Numbered from the stretch's first letter, positions 32,712 through 42,788 are shown. The stretch is DNA of 52,199 bases from Candidatus Sungiibacteriota bacterium (GCA_016186095.1 JACPMG010000003.1:1-52199), one strand, 5' to 3'. Notes: a model not told the origin generated them from the letters alone. Numbers and translations: made by a program.

Positions 32712-34940
32712 TTATTCCGGTTTTATTTCTTTGAAGCCCGGAGGTCTTCTGACCTCTACTGTTTTCTGGGCGGAAACGGAATTGTGATTTTCATCGGTGC
32801 AGGTAAGCGTAAAAGTCACGGTTTTCAGAAAAATAATATTGACGCTTCCCGAAGTCGGTATGTTGCCGATGCCGTTATCCACTTCGCAGGATTGGGCGTT
32901 TTGCGCGCTCCAGGAGATAGTTATCGTGTCGCCCGGATTAAGCGGATTGGTGATGTTGAACGAAGATATGTGGAGATTGCCGATGCTTCCGCCGCTGCTC
33001 TCGGATGTGCCGAATATGCGAATTTCTCTGGCCGCCGGAGCCGAAGACACGGAATCTCGGCTTGTCTTATCTCCGCGTTTACATACTATACTATACACCT
33101 CATTGCCTGTTTGCGGTATGACGGTTTCTTCCCCCGAAGTTATTTTGTTTCCGTTCCAGCTGCCTTCAGCAGTACAGGAGAGCGCGTATTCCGAGGCCCA
33201 GGAAAGTTTTATCGGCGTTCCAGTTCTAAATACCAGTCCGCCGTCTTTGCCGTCGGCTTTTATATCCACTTTCGGGAGAGGAAGGGATGGGGTGGTGAAT
33301 TCTGTTTTCACCAAATTGCCCGGACTGCCGCAACCGGAGCAGACGGGCCGGTATTCCCGCCTTCGGCGTCCTCCGGCGATCTGGATACAGGTTGCATAAT
33401 TGATTTCTCCGATGAATTCTTTTTCATAGGGCAGGCTATACGTAGCTTCATACTCTCCCCGGGTACAGGCGATTCCTGCCGTGCCGGAGATGACCGGATA
33501 TTTTTGTCCGGTTGTTTTATCTTTTATCTCAACACTTTCCGCCACTCCCTGCGGAGCGTCTCCTTTCCAGCGGATCGTGGTTTTGACCAGTGATGAGGGG
33601 TTTTGGAGGAATTCTTCCGGCGTAGGAACTCCGGCATAAGTGATTTTTACGAATTTTACGTCGCGGGAAGTACGGATTTCCTGGCTTTCGGTTTTTTCTT
33701 TAGTGCAGGTGCCAAAAATATAGTCATAATTTCCATCGCAAGTAAGACTGAAGAGCGCTGTTCCTGCTTGATTTGCTAAGAGTGGGATCCCCACGATAGC
33801 TAAGCTGACGATTGCTACTGCCGTCCAGGATACCATTAACGCTCCCCCTAACGCTCCGGCGGCTGCAGTAATGCATCCCACCCCATAGGTTACCGCGCAG
33901 AAAGCAGCCGTTGCGATGATGCTGAAAACCGTGCCAAAAACGGCCCCGCCTCCCGCCTGAACGGGAATCGGGAAAAAGGCGAAACTAGAAACAAACGCGA
34001 TTAAAATAAAGACGGAAGTTATTTTAAGAAAGGCAGGCGACATGTTGAAAAAATTCAGGCCTCGACTATCGTTTACGACGCGCTCTGTTATTTCTTCTTT
34101 TCCTAATGCCCTCAAGTCTTTCCAAGCGAGCAGGCGGTATAGGTGATATACGGCTAAGTCGTAAAAACTTGCCACCATGACCCAGGGTATTGAGTAAAGA
34201 AATATACGCAGCATTGATTCACCGCGTAGGGAAAGATCGGTTAAAAGGTTTAGTTTTATAGTGAAAACAAGCCGCATGAGAATATAATAGGCGGCTCCGG
34301 CAACGGCGAAGGAAATAAGCAGATAACCCGCGATCAGAAACCAGTGCGGATGGATACGCCGTACGCTCTCCCGCAGGGATTTCAGAATGCTCTTTCCTTC
34401 AAGGAGAAGAATAAATGGGCCGTTGGCAAACGCCACCAAAAGATATATTCCGGGTAGGCCAAAGATTAAGGCAAGCGGAATTAAAAAAAGATTGTCAGCG
34501 ATAAGGCCCGGGAAGTAAGAACTGGCCAGCATCAGCAGGGGAGCGGTGAAAACGAGGAAACCGGCAAAAGTCAGGACGCTCGCGACGATGATATACCCCA
34601 GATAGACGGGGAGTTTTTTTAACCCGGCGACAAATGACTGGCGAAGTGATGTTCCCCCGAAAGAAAGATAAAGCGACGCAAAACCCCAAAGATGCAATAA
34701 AATTATGGCGCCAAGCGGCAGGAAAAGCGCGGGGGAGGATAAGAATTCCTGCTGGAGGGCACTGCCAAAAATCGCCTGGGAATAGTCAAGGTATTTGAGC
34801 GAATCAAGGCTTTCCAGTAGAACTTGCCTCGATAACTCAACCGATACCGTCGCTACGTAAAGAATTGTCCAAAAGATCCAAAATCGTTTGGCATAATCAG
34901 CCCATAATTCTTTGCAAAACTCTTTAAATGAGATGCTCAT
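32712..34940 (-). CDS. Large polytopic membrane protein with C-terminal Ig-like extracellular repeats
   Basis: 742 aa. About 10 TM segments, including a Gly/Ala-rich one, then Cys-containing beta-rich repeats. Confidence 0.65.
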   Translation of the reverse strand: MSISFKEFCKELWADYAKRFWIFWTILYVATVSVELSRQVLLESLDSLKYLDYSQAIFGSALQQEFLSSPALFLPLGAIILLHLWGFASLYLSFGGTSLRQSFVAGLKKLPVYLGYIIVASVLTFAGFLVFTAPLLMLASSYFPGLIADNLFLIPLALIFGLPGIYLLVAFANGPFILLLEGKSILKSLRESVRRIHPHWFLIAGYLLISFAVAGAAYYILMRLVFTIKLNLLTDLSLRGESMLRIFLYSIPWVMVASFYDLAVYHLYRLLAWKDLRALGKEEITERVVNDSRGLNFFNMSPAFLKITSVFILIAFVSSFAFFPIPVQAGGGAVFGTVFSIIATAAFCAVTYGVGCITAAAGALGGALMVSWTAVAIVSLAIVGIPLLANQAGTALFSLTCDGNYDYIFGTCTKEKTESQEIRTSRDVKFVKITYAGVPTPEEFLQNPSSLVKTTIRWKGDAPQGVAESVEIKDKTTGQKYPVISGTAGIACTRGEYEATYSLPYEKEFIGEINYATCIQIAGGRRRREYRPVCSGCGSPGNLVKTEFTTPSLPLPKVDIKADGKDGGLVFRTGTPIKLSWASEYALSCTAEGSWNGNKITSGEETVIPQTGNEVYSIVCKRGDKTSRDSVSSAPAAREIRIFGTSESSGGSIGNLHISSFNITNPLNPGDTITISWSAQNAQSCEVDNGIGNIPTSGSVNIIFLKTVTFTLTCTDENHNSVSAQKTVEVRRPPGFKEIKPE

Positions 34941-35040
34941 TTGACTTTAATATACCATGCCGTGCGTTTTTATCCAAATTCGGCTTATCCACATAGGCCT
35001 CTGGATTTATGGGGGCTGGTCGGATTATAATATAGAGCAT

Positions 35041-35595
35041 ATGAACACACTTTATGTTATTTTGGCGGCCATAGGTTTTTTGCTTTTGGCGCTGGCATTT
35101 ATTTATAACAGTTTAATAAGGAAACGAAATCAAGTCGGGGAAGCGTGGTCTGACATTGAAGTTCAGATGAAACGCAGATACGATCTTATACCGAATGTGG
35201 TGGAGGCCGTAAAAGGCTACGTTCTGCATGAACGGGGTGTTTTGGAAAATGTTACTCGGGCGCGGACCCAAGCCATGGGAGCGCATACGCCGCAGGAGCA
35301 TGCCCAGGCTGAAAATATGCTTACCGATACCCTAAAAACTCTTTTCGCGGTGGCGGAGAATTATCCGGATTTGAAAGCCAATGCCAATTTTCTGGATCTG
35401 CAGAGGGAACTTGCCGATACCGAAAATAAAATCCAGTCCGCGCGTCGGTTCTACAACGGGAATGTCCGCGATTACAATACCGCCGTTCAATCTTTTCCGA
35501 CTAATCTGGTTGCGAGAGCCTTTGGCTTCACCGGGAAAGAATTTTTTGATCTAGAAGAGGAAGCGGCAAGGCAGCCGGTAGGAGTCAGGTTCTAA
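35041..35595 (+). CDS. lemA: LemA family protein
   Basis: N-terminal TM, then NSLIRKRNQVGEAWSDIEVQMKRRYDLIPN, ENYPDLKAN and ARRFYN. Confidence 0.85.
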   Translation: MNTLYVILAAIGFLLLALAFIYNSLIRKRNQVGEAWSDIEVQMKRRYDLIPNVVEAVKGYVLHERGVLENVTRARTQAMGAHTPQEHAQAENMLTDTLKTLFAVAENYPDLKANANFLDLQRELADTENKIQSARRFYNGNVRDYNTAVQSFPTNLVARAFGFTGKEFFDLEEEAARQPVGVRF

Positions 35596-35615
35596 TTGAA
35601 TCCGCGAATTTAACT

Positions 35616-35641
35616 AAAAAGGGCATGTATATGCCCTTTTT
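35616..35641 (+). terminator. Rho-independent terminator
   Basis: AAAAAGGGCAT-GTAT-ATGCCCTTTTT. Confidence 0.75.
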
Positions 35642-35704
35642 AGTTAGAAGTTTTCTATCAAAGAGTCCTCAGAATTACAGCGTTGAGGTATACTGTAGGC
35701 GAGG

Positions 35705-38608
35705 ATGAATATTAGGTTTTTGTCCATCTTTGGCCTAGGAATCGGAGCGGTGGCAATCGCGTTTTTTGCGGCTGTGTTTATATTGTGGTTTTTCGCGCCT
35801 CTACCGGCGTTGGGAGCGGCCGGAGTGCGGATCATAAGCTATCAAGGACGGCTTACCAATGCCAATGGCGACCTTCTCGGCAGTAACGGTACCACTTTTT
35901 ATTTCAAATTCTCGCTTCACAGCGCTACTTCGGGGGGCACAAAGTTGTGGCCGGAGGGAACGCCTTGTACGCATTCGCTCAATGTCAAACAGGGGGTATT
36001 TAACGCAAACATCGGCGATGTTTTGGAGTGCCCGGACACATTGGACTTTGATTTTATTTCTAAGAATGCCATATGGCTTGAGGTGCGGGTTTCTTCCGAT
36101 AACGTGACTTTTGAAACTCTTTCTCCTCGCCAAAGAGTTAACGCAGCCGCCTTCGCGCTTGTCGCGGACACCGTAATTGCCACAAGCACTCAATCGCGTC
36201 TCGGCACCACCTCGCCCATCAGCACCTCGTTGCTTACCATTGAGGCGACGACCACTTCGGTTATTCCGCTTTCTATCCGCGCCTCCCCCGGCCAAGTAGC
36301 AGACCTTTTTAAAATACAAAATGCGGCGGGCGCGGATTTATTCACGGTAAGCGGCTATGGCGCCGTCGGCATCGCTTCTTCCACTCCCGGAGCGGGATTT
36401 GGAGTCGCCACCTCAACATACATCATCGGCGGCCTCGGAGTCGGAAGGGCGACGACGACAGATGGCGTGCTGGAGACTGTCTCCAATGCGATCATCGGGG
36501 GATTCCTTAATGTCTCCGGAAATGCGACCTCAACTTTTAATGCCAACGGCGTTAATCTCCGGGGCGGCTGTTTTGCTATAAATGGAGCCTGTGTTGGGGC
36601 GGGGACAATTAACTCGGGATCAATAAATCGATTGGCGTATTACTCGGGAGGAACAGCATTGGACTCGGCAAATTTTCTTGCGGTCAATGCCGCCAGTTCT
36701 CTTTTCGGCGTTGGTTCCACGACTCCCTGGGGAGCGTTGTCCGTGCAAAGTACGGTTGATCCTATAGTGGTGATCGCCACCTCAAGCGGCGCGACGGCCA
36801 TACTTTCGGTGACTTCTACTTCCACCGGTGCGCTTGATCATGCCCGCATAGGCATTGGTGTCAACACGGCATCCGGAAGTGGAGGAATACGCGATCAATT
36901 GACGGTGGCGGGCAGAATTTATTCCACTTGGCGTTATTTATCCTGTGATTTCTTTGGCGCGGATATGATAGGTTTGAATATCGTAGCCGACACCGCTCAT
37001 GTCTGCGGCCCGTTGGCTTTTGATGAAGATAGCGATGGACAGCTAAACAATACCGCCGACGGGAATCCAGGATTCACGACAATAAAAGGCGGGGCGGCCA
37101 CTCCTTCGGCCGGCGAAGGATCAGCGATTCGGACTTGGTATACTTTTGTGGCAGCGACTAGCAGTCCTACGACCGAAGTCATGTTGCGCATATCGAACTT
37201 TCGTGCCACAACCACCAAGCTTTACATGATAGGTTTTACGGACATAGCGGGAGGAGGGGATACGGCGACGCTGCCGTCCAACGGGATATTCTTTGCAGCT
37301 TCTTCCACGAATAATTGGATTGCTGTTGTGCGTAGCGGTAACAATGAAACTCGTCAGGATACGGGCGTGGCGACTTCCACCACCGCGTTTCAAAAACTTC
37401 GTATAGAAGTAACGCCCGCGACAGTTTATTTTTTGATAGACGGAGATGTGGTTGCTCAGATTTCTACCAATATCCCTGCGGTAAATATGGCCTTGGCAGT
37501 TTCGGCGGCAATCACGACCGGCGGCTCCAGCTCGGCGGCGCTTGATATCGCATCTATCCGGTTGTGGATCGACGATCCGCCCAGCGGCGAGAAAACGTCA
37601 GGAGAGCCGGCAAAAATCTTTCAGCAGCTGGATCTCATCCGAGGCGCTGATATCGCCGAGGCGTATCTGGTCGGCGATCCATGGCAGTTTAGCGAGGGAA
37701 AAATTGTAGTCAATGAGGATGGAGGCGCGGGGAAAGTGAAATTGGCGCAAGAGCCGTATGATCCTGATATGGCCGGGGCTATAAGCACGTCTCCTTATAT
37801 GGTGATGGGAATGTCTGCAGAAAATACCGTTGAGGTGGGGTTGTTGGGGAGGGTCCCGGTGGCGGCCTCTTTGATCAACGGGCCCATCCGGCGTGGCGAT
37901 CGTATCACTTCTTCCGTCATTCCCGGTATCGGCATGCGCGCTTCACGGCCCGGTTATGTTTTGGGCAGAGCGCTGGAGGGATTTAATCCGGCTGCCGGTA
38001 TCGGGACCTGTGATGATTCCTTAGCCGAGACAGTATCATCTGTTGTTGTGTCCGGGGAAATTGATTTGGCCGGAGCCGAATGCGCGGGTATTATATTGGT
38101 AGATCTCCGGCCGGGCTTTGATCTTGGAATCGGGAATATGATCCGGCAGTTTAAAGAGGGTATGGTAACGGCAGTTTCGGCTGTTGACGATTTGGCCGAT
38201 GAGGCATTTGAAACGGGAGCGGAGCTTATAAAACTTACCGCGGGGAAAATCGTTACCCAAACGGCAGTTATAAAAAATTTATTTGCCAAGGCGCTCTCTG
38301 TGCTTCCCGGGGGGACCATTTCTTTGCCGGAGGGAGTAAATCAAATTGTGGGCGAGGATGTCCTGCCGGTTGGCGCGACTTCCATTTTAGTACACAATAA
38401 TAAGGTGGCTTCAACCTCGAAGATATTTATCACTCCTTTGACGGTTATAGATCACCCTCTGGCAGTATCCGAAGTAAGGGCAGGAGAAGGATTTATAGTA
38501 AGCACCGCTATCCCCGTATCGCAGGACACTATTTTTAGCTGGATGATTATTTATTCCTACAGGGCCGCAGAAGAAGCATCTGCTGCGGTGCCGGCGCCGA
38601 GCCCTTAA
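35705..38608 (+). CDS. Large surface protein: tail-fibre-like N-terminal module plus a C-terminal intramolecular-chaperone (peptidase G2/S74-like) block
   Basis: 967 aa with an N-terminal TM anchor. Has ISYQGRLTNANGDLL...FYFKFSLHS...LWPE. The C-terminal block is GADIAEAY...GKIVV...GAISTSPYMVMG...GRVPV...GPIRRGDRITSS...GYVLGRALEG. Confidence 0.6.
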   Translation: MNIRFLSIFGLGIGAVAIAFFAAVFILWFFAPLPALGAAGVRIISYQGRLTNANGDLLGSNGTTFYFKFSLHSATSGGTKLWPEGTPCTHSLNVKQGVFNANIGDVLECPDTLDFDFISKNAIWLEVRVSSDNVTFETLSPRQRVNAAAFALVADTVIATSTQSRLGTTSPISTSLLTIEATTTSVIPLSIRASPGQVADLFKIQNAAGADLFTVSGYGAVGIASSTPGAGFGVATSTYIIGGLGVGRATTTDGVLETVSNAIIGGFLNVSGNATSTFNANGVNLRGGCFAINGACVGAGTINSGSINRLAYYSGGTALDSANFLAVNAASSLFGVGSTTPWGALSVQSTVDPIVVIATSSGATAILSVTSTSTGALDHARIGIGVNTASGSGGIRDQLTVAGRIYSTWRYLSCDFFGADMIGLNIVADTAHVCGPLAFDEDSDGQLNNTADGNPGFTTIKGGAATPSAGEGSAIRTWYTFVAATSSPTTEVMLRISNFRATTTKLYMIGFTDIAGGGDTATLPSNGIFFAASSTNNWIAVVRSGNNETRQDTGVATSTTAFQKLRIEVTPATVYFLIDGDVVAQISTNIPAVNMALAVSAAITTGGSSSAALDIASIRLWIDDPPSGEKTSGEPAKIFQQLDLIRGADIAEAYLVGDPWQFSEGKIVVNEDGGAGKVKLAQEPYDPDMAGAISTSPYMVMGMSAENTVEVGLLGRVPVAASLINGPIRRGDRITSSVIPGIGMRASRPGYVLGRALEGFNPAAGIGTCDDSLAETVSSVVVSGEIDLAGAECAGIILVDLRPGFDLGIGNMIRQFKEGMVTAVSAVDDLADEAFETGAELIKLTAGKIVTQTAVIKNLFAKALSVLPGGTISLPEGVNQIVGEDVLPVGATSILVHNNKVASTSKIFITPLTVIDHPLAVSEVRAGEGFIVSTAIPVSQDTIFSWMIIYSYRAAEEASAAVPAPSP

Positions 38609-38633
38609 AGGTCGATGTAATTCCGAAAATATT

Positions 38634-39161
38634 ATGGAAAAAGATTATATTATTCCACAGATAACTGAAATAGAAGAAGTTTATTCCGGCCCAGAAAACA
38701 AAAATGGCAGTTTTTCTGTAAAACCAGTATCTAATATTTCTTCAGGACCCAGCGCTTATACATATGGTCATCAGATATGGGCAGCCGCCGGAGTATTGGT
38801 TGTTTTATTTATAATTTGGGCAGTACTGGGGAGTTTTGGCTTCGTGCCCTTGGGAGAGTTTCCCCTTGTGTCCGGTTCAAAATGGCAAGCCGTGTTTCTC
38901 ACCAATGGCCAGGGTTATTTCGGCCATCTGCAAAATTATAATCGTGGTTATGTCACTATTCAGGATGTGTATTACTTGCAGACTTCCCAAGCTTTACAGC
39001 CAGAACAACAAACGGCGTCTAATCTGAATTTAGTAAAGCTTGGCGGAGAGCTTCATGGGCCGGAAGATGTCATATTCATCCCCAAGGAACAAATAATTTT
39101 TTGGGAAAATATGAAAGCGGATTCCCAGATAGTCAAGGGGATTGAGTCATCGAGGAGATAG
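38634..39161 (+). CDS. Hypothetical single-TM protein
   Basis: 175-aa ORF co-directional with the cluster. Confidence 0.5.
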   Translation: MEKDYIIPQITEIEEVYSGPENKNGSFSVKPVSNISSGPSAYTYGHQIWAAAGVLVVLFIIWAVLGSFGFVPLGEFPLVSGSKWQAVFLTNGQGYFGHLQNYNRGYVTIQDVYYLQTSQALQPEQQTASNLNLVKLGGELHGPEDVIFIPKEQIIFWENMKADSQIVKGIESSRR

Positions 39162-39194
39162 ATGGAATCTCCAGTTTAATAATTTTGCCTAGAG

Positions 39195-40535
39195 ATGATT
39201 TATTCAATCCTGTTTTATATTTTGTTTTTGCTTTTTTCTAGGCAGGCTCTGGCGGCAGAGTTCACCAGCACCAATTTTAAGATTCTTGATCCGGTACTAT
39301 CTATCGCCTCGAGTACCGAAATGGCGTCAACAAACTTTCGGCTTATAGGAGTAATGGGAGAGGCGGTGATAGGTACCTCCACAGCGGCATCTTTCAATAT
39401 CTCAAGCGGATTCCTTTATTTTCCGTTTATAAAGACCCCCAAAATCAGAGCGCAGGCCGGCAATGGCAGGGTGGCTTTGCATTGGACCAGGGAAACGGGA
39501 TTTTTGGGCTGGACGGTTGGAGGATATACTCTGGGCAAGTCAGCAATCAGCGGCGGGCCATATACCTATATTTCGGTAGGCAATACAACTGTCTCAGCTA
39601 CTTCATCCCTGGCCAACGGTTTAACCAACGGGACTACCTATTATTTTATAGTCGGGGTAGAAGATATCTTTGGAAACATAATCGCCACTTCATCAGAGGT
39701 ATCGGTCACTCCGAGCGCAAATTTTTACAATCTGCTTACCGCCGATTTTCCTACCGATGTTGCTTCATCTACTTCATTTGTCGCTAAGGACGGCATTAAA
39801 GTAGATATCACCGTACCCGTACATGTGCTTACGAACGGCGATATGCTGCAGCCGGTTTTCACCGCCCTTACCAAAGAGGCCGCCATAGATGGCAAGCCTT
39901 TGCCGAACGGAAAATTGGGGGCTGACACTTTCTACGACTTTTCCTGGTTTAAGGCCGACGATCACAGTCACGTAACATCCTTTGACAAACCCATCTCTCT
40001 TAAATTTTCATATACCGATGATGACATAGGCAAAATAGATGAGAGTACCTTAGCGCCATATCGCTGGGATGGATCTTCGTGGACAGTGCTGGACGGATAC
40101 GTTATCAATACTTCAGCAAATACCATTACAGTAGACACCAAGCTGTTTAGCTCCTTCGCGCTTATAGGAACAGAGTCTTCTTCTATTACTTCTGTTCCAT
40201 CCTCTTCGGTCGTCCAGGGTTATAAAGGGGAAGGCGGAATTATCGAATCCCCGCGAGCCCCCGGGCGTGTTACCTGGGATCGCCTCGGCTATTTGTCGGG
40301 ACAAATTGCGGCGACCTGGGACCACCTAGAAGCCGCGTTGACCAGGCCCGACTTTTCGCGTCCGACAGAAGTAAAAAAAAGTTTTCTGGAAAGCGTCAGC
40401 AGTACCTCTCCCGCGGCTATCTCGGCGGAAGTCGGGAAATTTTCCCGCGTTGTAGTCGCCTTAGTATACCTCCTCTTTATGGTTATTTTTGCTGCGATAG
40501 TGCTTCTGGGTCTGATTTTTGGGATATTAGCGTAA
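39195..40535 (+). CDS. Secreted fibronectin-type-III-like domain protein with a C-terminal TM anchor
   Basis: Signal peptide, repeated S-T-N-F motif, an FN3-like block (GRVALHWT...TTYYFIVG) and a C-terminal hydrophobic anchor. Confidence 0.55.
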   Translation: MIYSILFYILFLLFSRQALAAEFTSTNFKILDPVLSIASSTEMASTNFRLIGVMGEAVIGTSTAASFNISSGFLYFPFIKTPKIRAQAGNGRVALHWTRETGFLGWTVGGYTLGKSAISGGPYTYISVGNTTVSATSSLANGLTNGTTYYFIVGVEDIFGNIIATSSEVSVTPSANFYNLLTADFPTDVASSTSFVAKDGIKVDITVPVHVLTNGDMLQPVFTALTKEAAIDGKPLPNGKLGADTFYDFSWFKADDHSHVTSFDKPISLKFSYTDDDIGKIDESTLAPYRWDGSSWTVLDGYVINTSANTITVDTKLFSSFALIGTESSSITSVPSSSVVQGYKGEGGIIESPRAPGRVTWDRLGYLSGQIAATWDHLEAALTRPDFSRPTEVKKSFLESVSSTSPAAISAEVGKFSRVVVALVYLLFMVIFAAIVLLGLIFGILA

Positions 40536-40609
40536 AAATATTAATGAGGGGGCGTTGATTTTACCCTGTTTTGGGTGTATACTATTAGTATTAATGCGGT
40601 TATTAAGCT

Positions 40610-40831
40610 ATGTCTGAATCATACATTTATATCGGCGGGAACGCTTTATATTATTCGCCCGAAGTTAGGGCGGGCTTAGAATATTTGCGGGGCCTTGGCG
40701 AAGAAGAGGCGGCAGCGCTTTTTGACAAGGCCTACAATTTTGGGCCGGCCAAATTTTCCGACGGCCACGGCCGCTATTTTCTTCTCACTTATGAGAGAGA
40801 TAAATCTTATAGAATTTCTTTGCAGGAATGA
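40610..40831 (+). CDS. Hypothetical small protein, translationally coupled to htpX
   Basis: 73 aa. Its TGA overlaps the htpX ATG (ATGA at 40828-40831). Confidence 0.45.
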   Translation: MSESYIYIGGNALYYSPEVRAGLEYLRGLGEEEAAALFDKAYNFGPAKFSDGHGRYFLLTYERDKSYRISLQE

Positions 40832-41742
40832 CGCTTTACAGTCAAAAATCGGCGAATGTCAGAAAAACGTGGCTTCTCATGGCCATATTTTTTGGCGTGG
40901 TGATCGGAATCGGTTGGGTGTTTAGCCGGATCTATGGTGATCCTTCTATTCTTTATATAGCGGTGGCTTTCAGTATTCTTATGAATGTTTTGAGTTATTG
41001 GTTCTCTCATAAAATCGTGTTAGCTCTTCATCGCGCCAAACCGGTGGAATTTAAATCCCAACCTGAGCTTTACCGCGTGCTGGAAAATCTAACCATAGCC
41101 GCCGGGCTTCCCATGCCCAAATTTTATTTAATTGAAGACTCGGCGCCCAACGCTTTTGCTACCGGACGTAATCCCAAGAACGCGGTAGTTTGCGTAACTT
41201 CGGGTTTGCTTGAGAAGCTCGATCGCTCGGAACTTGAAGGAGTGTTGGCGCATGAGCTATCGCATATCGGCAACCGCGATATGCTGGTGTCCACGGTTGC
41301 CGTGGTGCTGGTAGGGTTTGTAGCCATTCTTTCCGATATGTTTATGCGATCTATATGGTATGGGGGAATGGGCAATCGGGATCGCGACAGGGGAGGAGCG
41401 CATACTATTATCCTTGTTGCTGGGATCGTTTTATCTATTTTGGCGCCGCTTATTGCCTCGCTGATTCATCTGGCCATATCCCGCCGGCGGGAGTTTTTGG
41501 CAGATGCCTCCGGCGCGCTTCTTACGCGCTATCCGGAGGGCTTGGCTTCTGCGCTTAAAAAGATTTCCTCTTATGGCCGTCCGATGAAGACCGCGACCAA
41601 CGCCACCGCGCATCTTTTTCTGGAAAATCCTTTTGGCGCGGACTCAAATGGCGCAAAAAGGACCCCGTGGCTTGTAAAAATTTTTTCCACCCATCCTCCG
41701 GTTGCTGAACGGATAGCGGCGCTTATGGGCTCAAGGCAATAG
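40828..41742 (+). CDS. htpX: M48 family zinc metalloprotease HtpX
   Basis: HELSHIGNRD (HExxH), 4 TM, and a C-terminal THPP..ERI motif. Confidence 0.9.
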   Translation: MTLYSQKSANVRKTWLLMAIFFGVVIGIGWVFSRIYGDPSILYIAVAFSILMNVLSYWFSHKIVLALHRAKPVEFKSQPELYRVLENLTIAAGLPMPKFYLIEDSAPNAFATGRNPKNAVVCVTSGLLEKLDRSELEGVLAHELSHIGNRDMLVSTVAVVLVGFVAILSDMFMRSIWYGGMGNRDRDRGGAHTIILVAGIVLSILAPLIASLIHLAISRRREFLADASGALLTRYPEGLASALKKISSYGRPMKTATNATAHLFLENPFGADSNGAKRTPWLVKIFSTHPPVAERIAALMGSRQ

Positions 41743-41792
41743 ATGGAATGCGCACTTGAGTTATTTACAAAGTAGATTATCATTATCCAGTT

Positions 41793-41879
41793 GGAAGGGT
41801 GCAGGAGCGGTTTAACTGGCGGTCCTGGAAAGACCGTGTACCAGAAATGGTACCGCGAGTTCGAATCTCGCCCCTTCCG
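41793..41879 (+). tRNA. tRNA-Ser (anticodon GGA)
   Basis: Hand fold: acceptor GGAAGGG/CCCTTCC, anticodon loop CTGGAAA, an 18-nt variable arm, T-loop TTCGAAT. Confidence 0.9.
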
Positions 41880-41889
41880 GTAGATTGAG

Positions 41890-41914
41890 CGCCCGTTCGA
41901 GAGACCGGGCGTTT
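41890..41914 (+). terminator. Hairpin terminator after tRNA-Ser
   Basis: CGCCCG...CGGGCG followed by TTT. Confidence 0.5.
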
Positions 41915-41930
41915 CGGAAGAATAATAAAT

Positions 41931-42788
41931 ATGTTTAAAAAAATATTTAATAAATTCAAGAAAGGAAAAACTGTGGGCGATTTTCAGAATCCCGTCATGA
42001 GCATCAACTGGTTCCCGGTCTGGGAAGATCCGGACTTACTTAAATATGTACGTTATAGTCTATATAAGACTAGTATAAAATCACTCCGCGAAGGTATAAA
42101 AATAAATTTCAAGGTTGTTGAATATACAACCGAAATAGAAGAGGAATCTATGCCGGAATTACCCTTAACTTCTGTAATGGAATTAATGAAAAAATTTGAG
42201 ACTACAACCCCAAATGATTTTATGCTATCGGCCGCAAGAGAAGGGTTTATCCCAAAAATAGTAAAAATTGAAAATCCAATAGCCATTATGGGAGATGCGT
42301 TATCCGATTATAGAACTCAAGTGGAACAAATCAAAAAATATTATCCAGAAAAAGCGATAGAGCTTGAAAGTATCTTAAACGATCTAGAGAGAATGAAGAC
42401 GGTTGATAAAAATTCTGATTCAAAATTACAGAGATTGCATGCGGATTCGTATAATTTAATTCAGAGTAATCCCGAATTGCAAAGAGATGTGATTTTTGAA
42501 ATTGGGAAAAACAGAACCCCGTCGTTTAAAAATTTTTTAGGTAAAAACTACTGCTTACTAATGAGCCATTATGGCAAAATGAATTTCGATGACGATAAAA
42601 ATAGCGCGGATGGCGGCGTTATGCTTCCGATTCGGTCTTTACCATACGGTCAGATGTTTATGGGGCGCATACTTGGTGTAGTATATTTCAATCCGCAACC
42701 TATTTTTAAAAATCTTGGCCCAGGACCGGTATTGGTAGCCGCAGCGATATCGGTGGGAATGAAAGCCGATATTCTGCAAAAACAATAG
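41931..42788 (+). CDS. Hypothetical protein (AT-rich orphan)
   Basis: 285-aa ORF. Visibly AT-richer than its neighbours. Confidence 0.5.
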   Translation: MFKKIFNKFKKGKTVGDFQNPVMSINWFPVWEDPDLLKYVRYSLYKTSIKSLREGIKINFKVVEYTTEIEEESMPELPLTSVMELMKKFETTTPNDFMLSAAREGFIPKIVKIENPIAIMGDALSDYRTQVEQIKKYYPEKAIELESILNDLERMKTVDKNSDSKLQRLHADSYNLIQSNPELQRDVIFEIGKNRTPSFKNFLGKNYCLLMSHYGKMNFDDDKNSADGGVMLPIRSLPYGQMFMGRILGVVYFNPQPIFKNLGPGPVLVAAAISVGMKADILQKQ

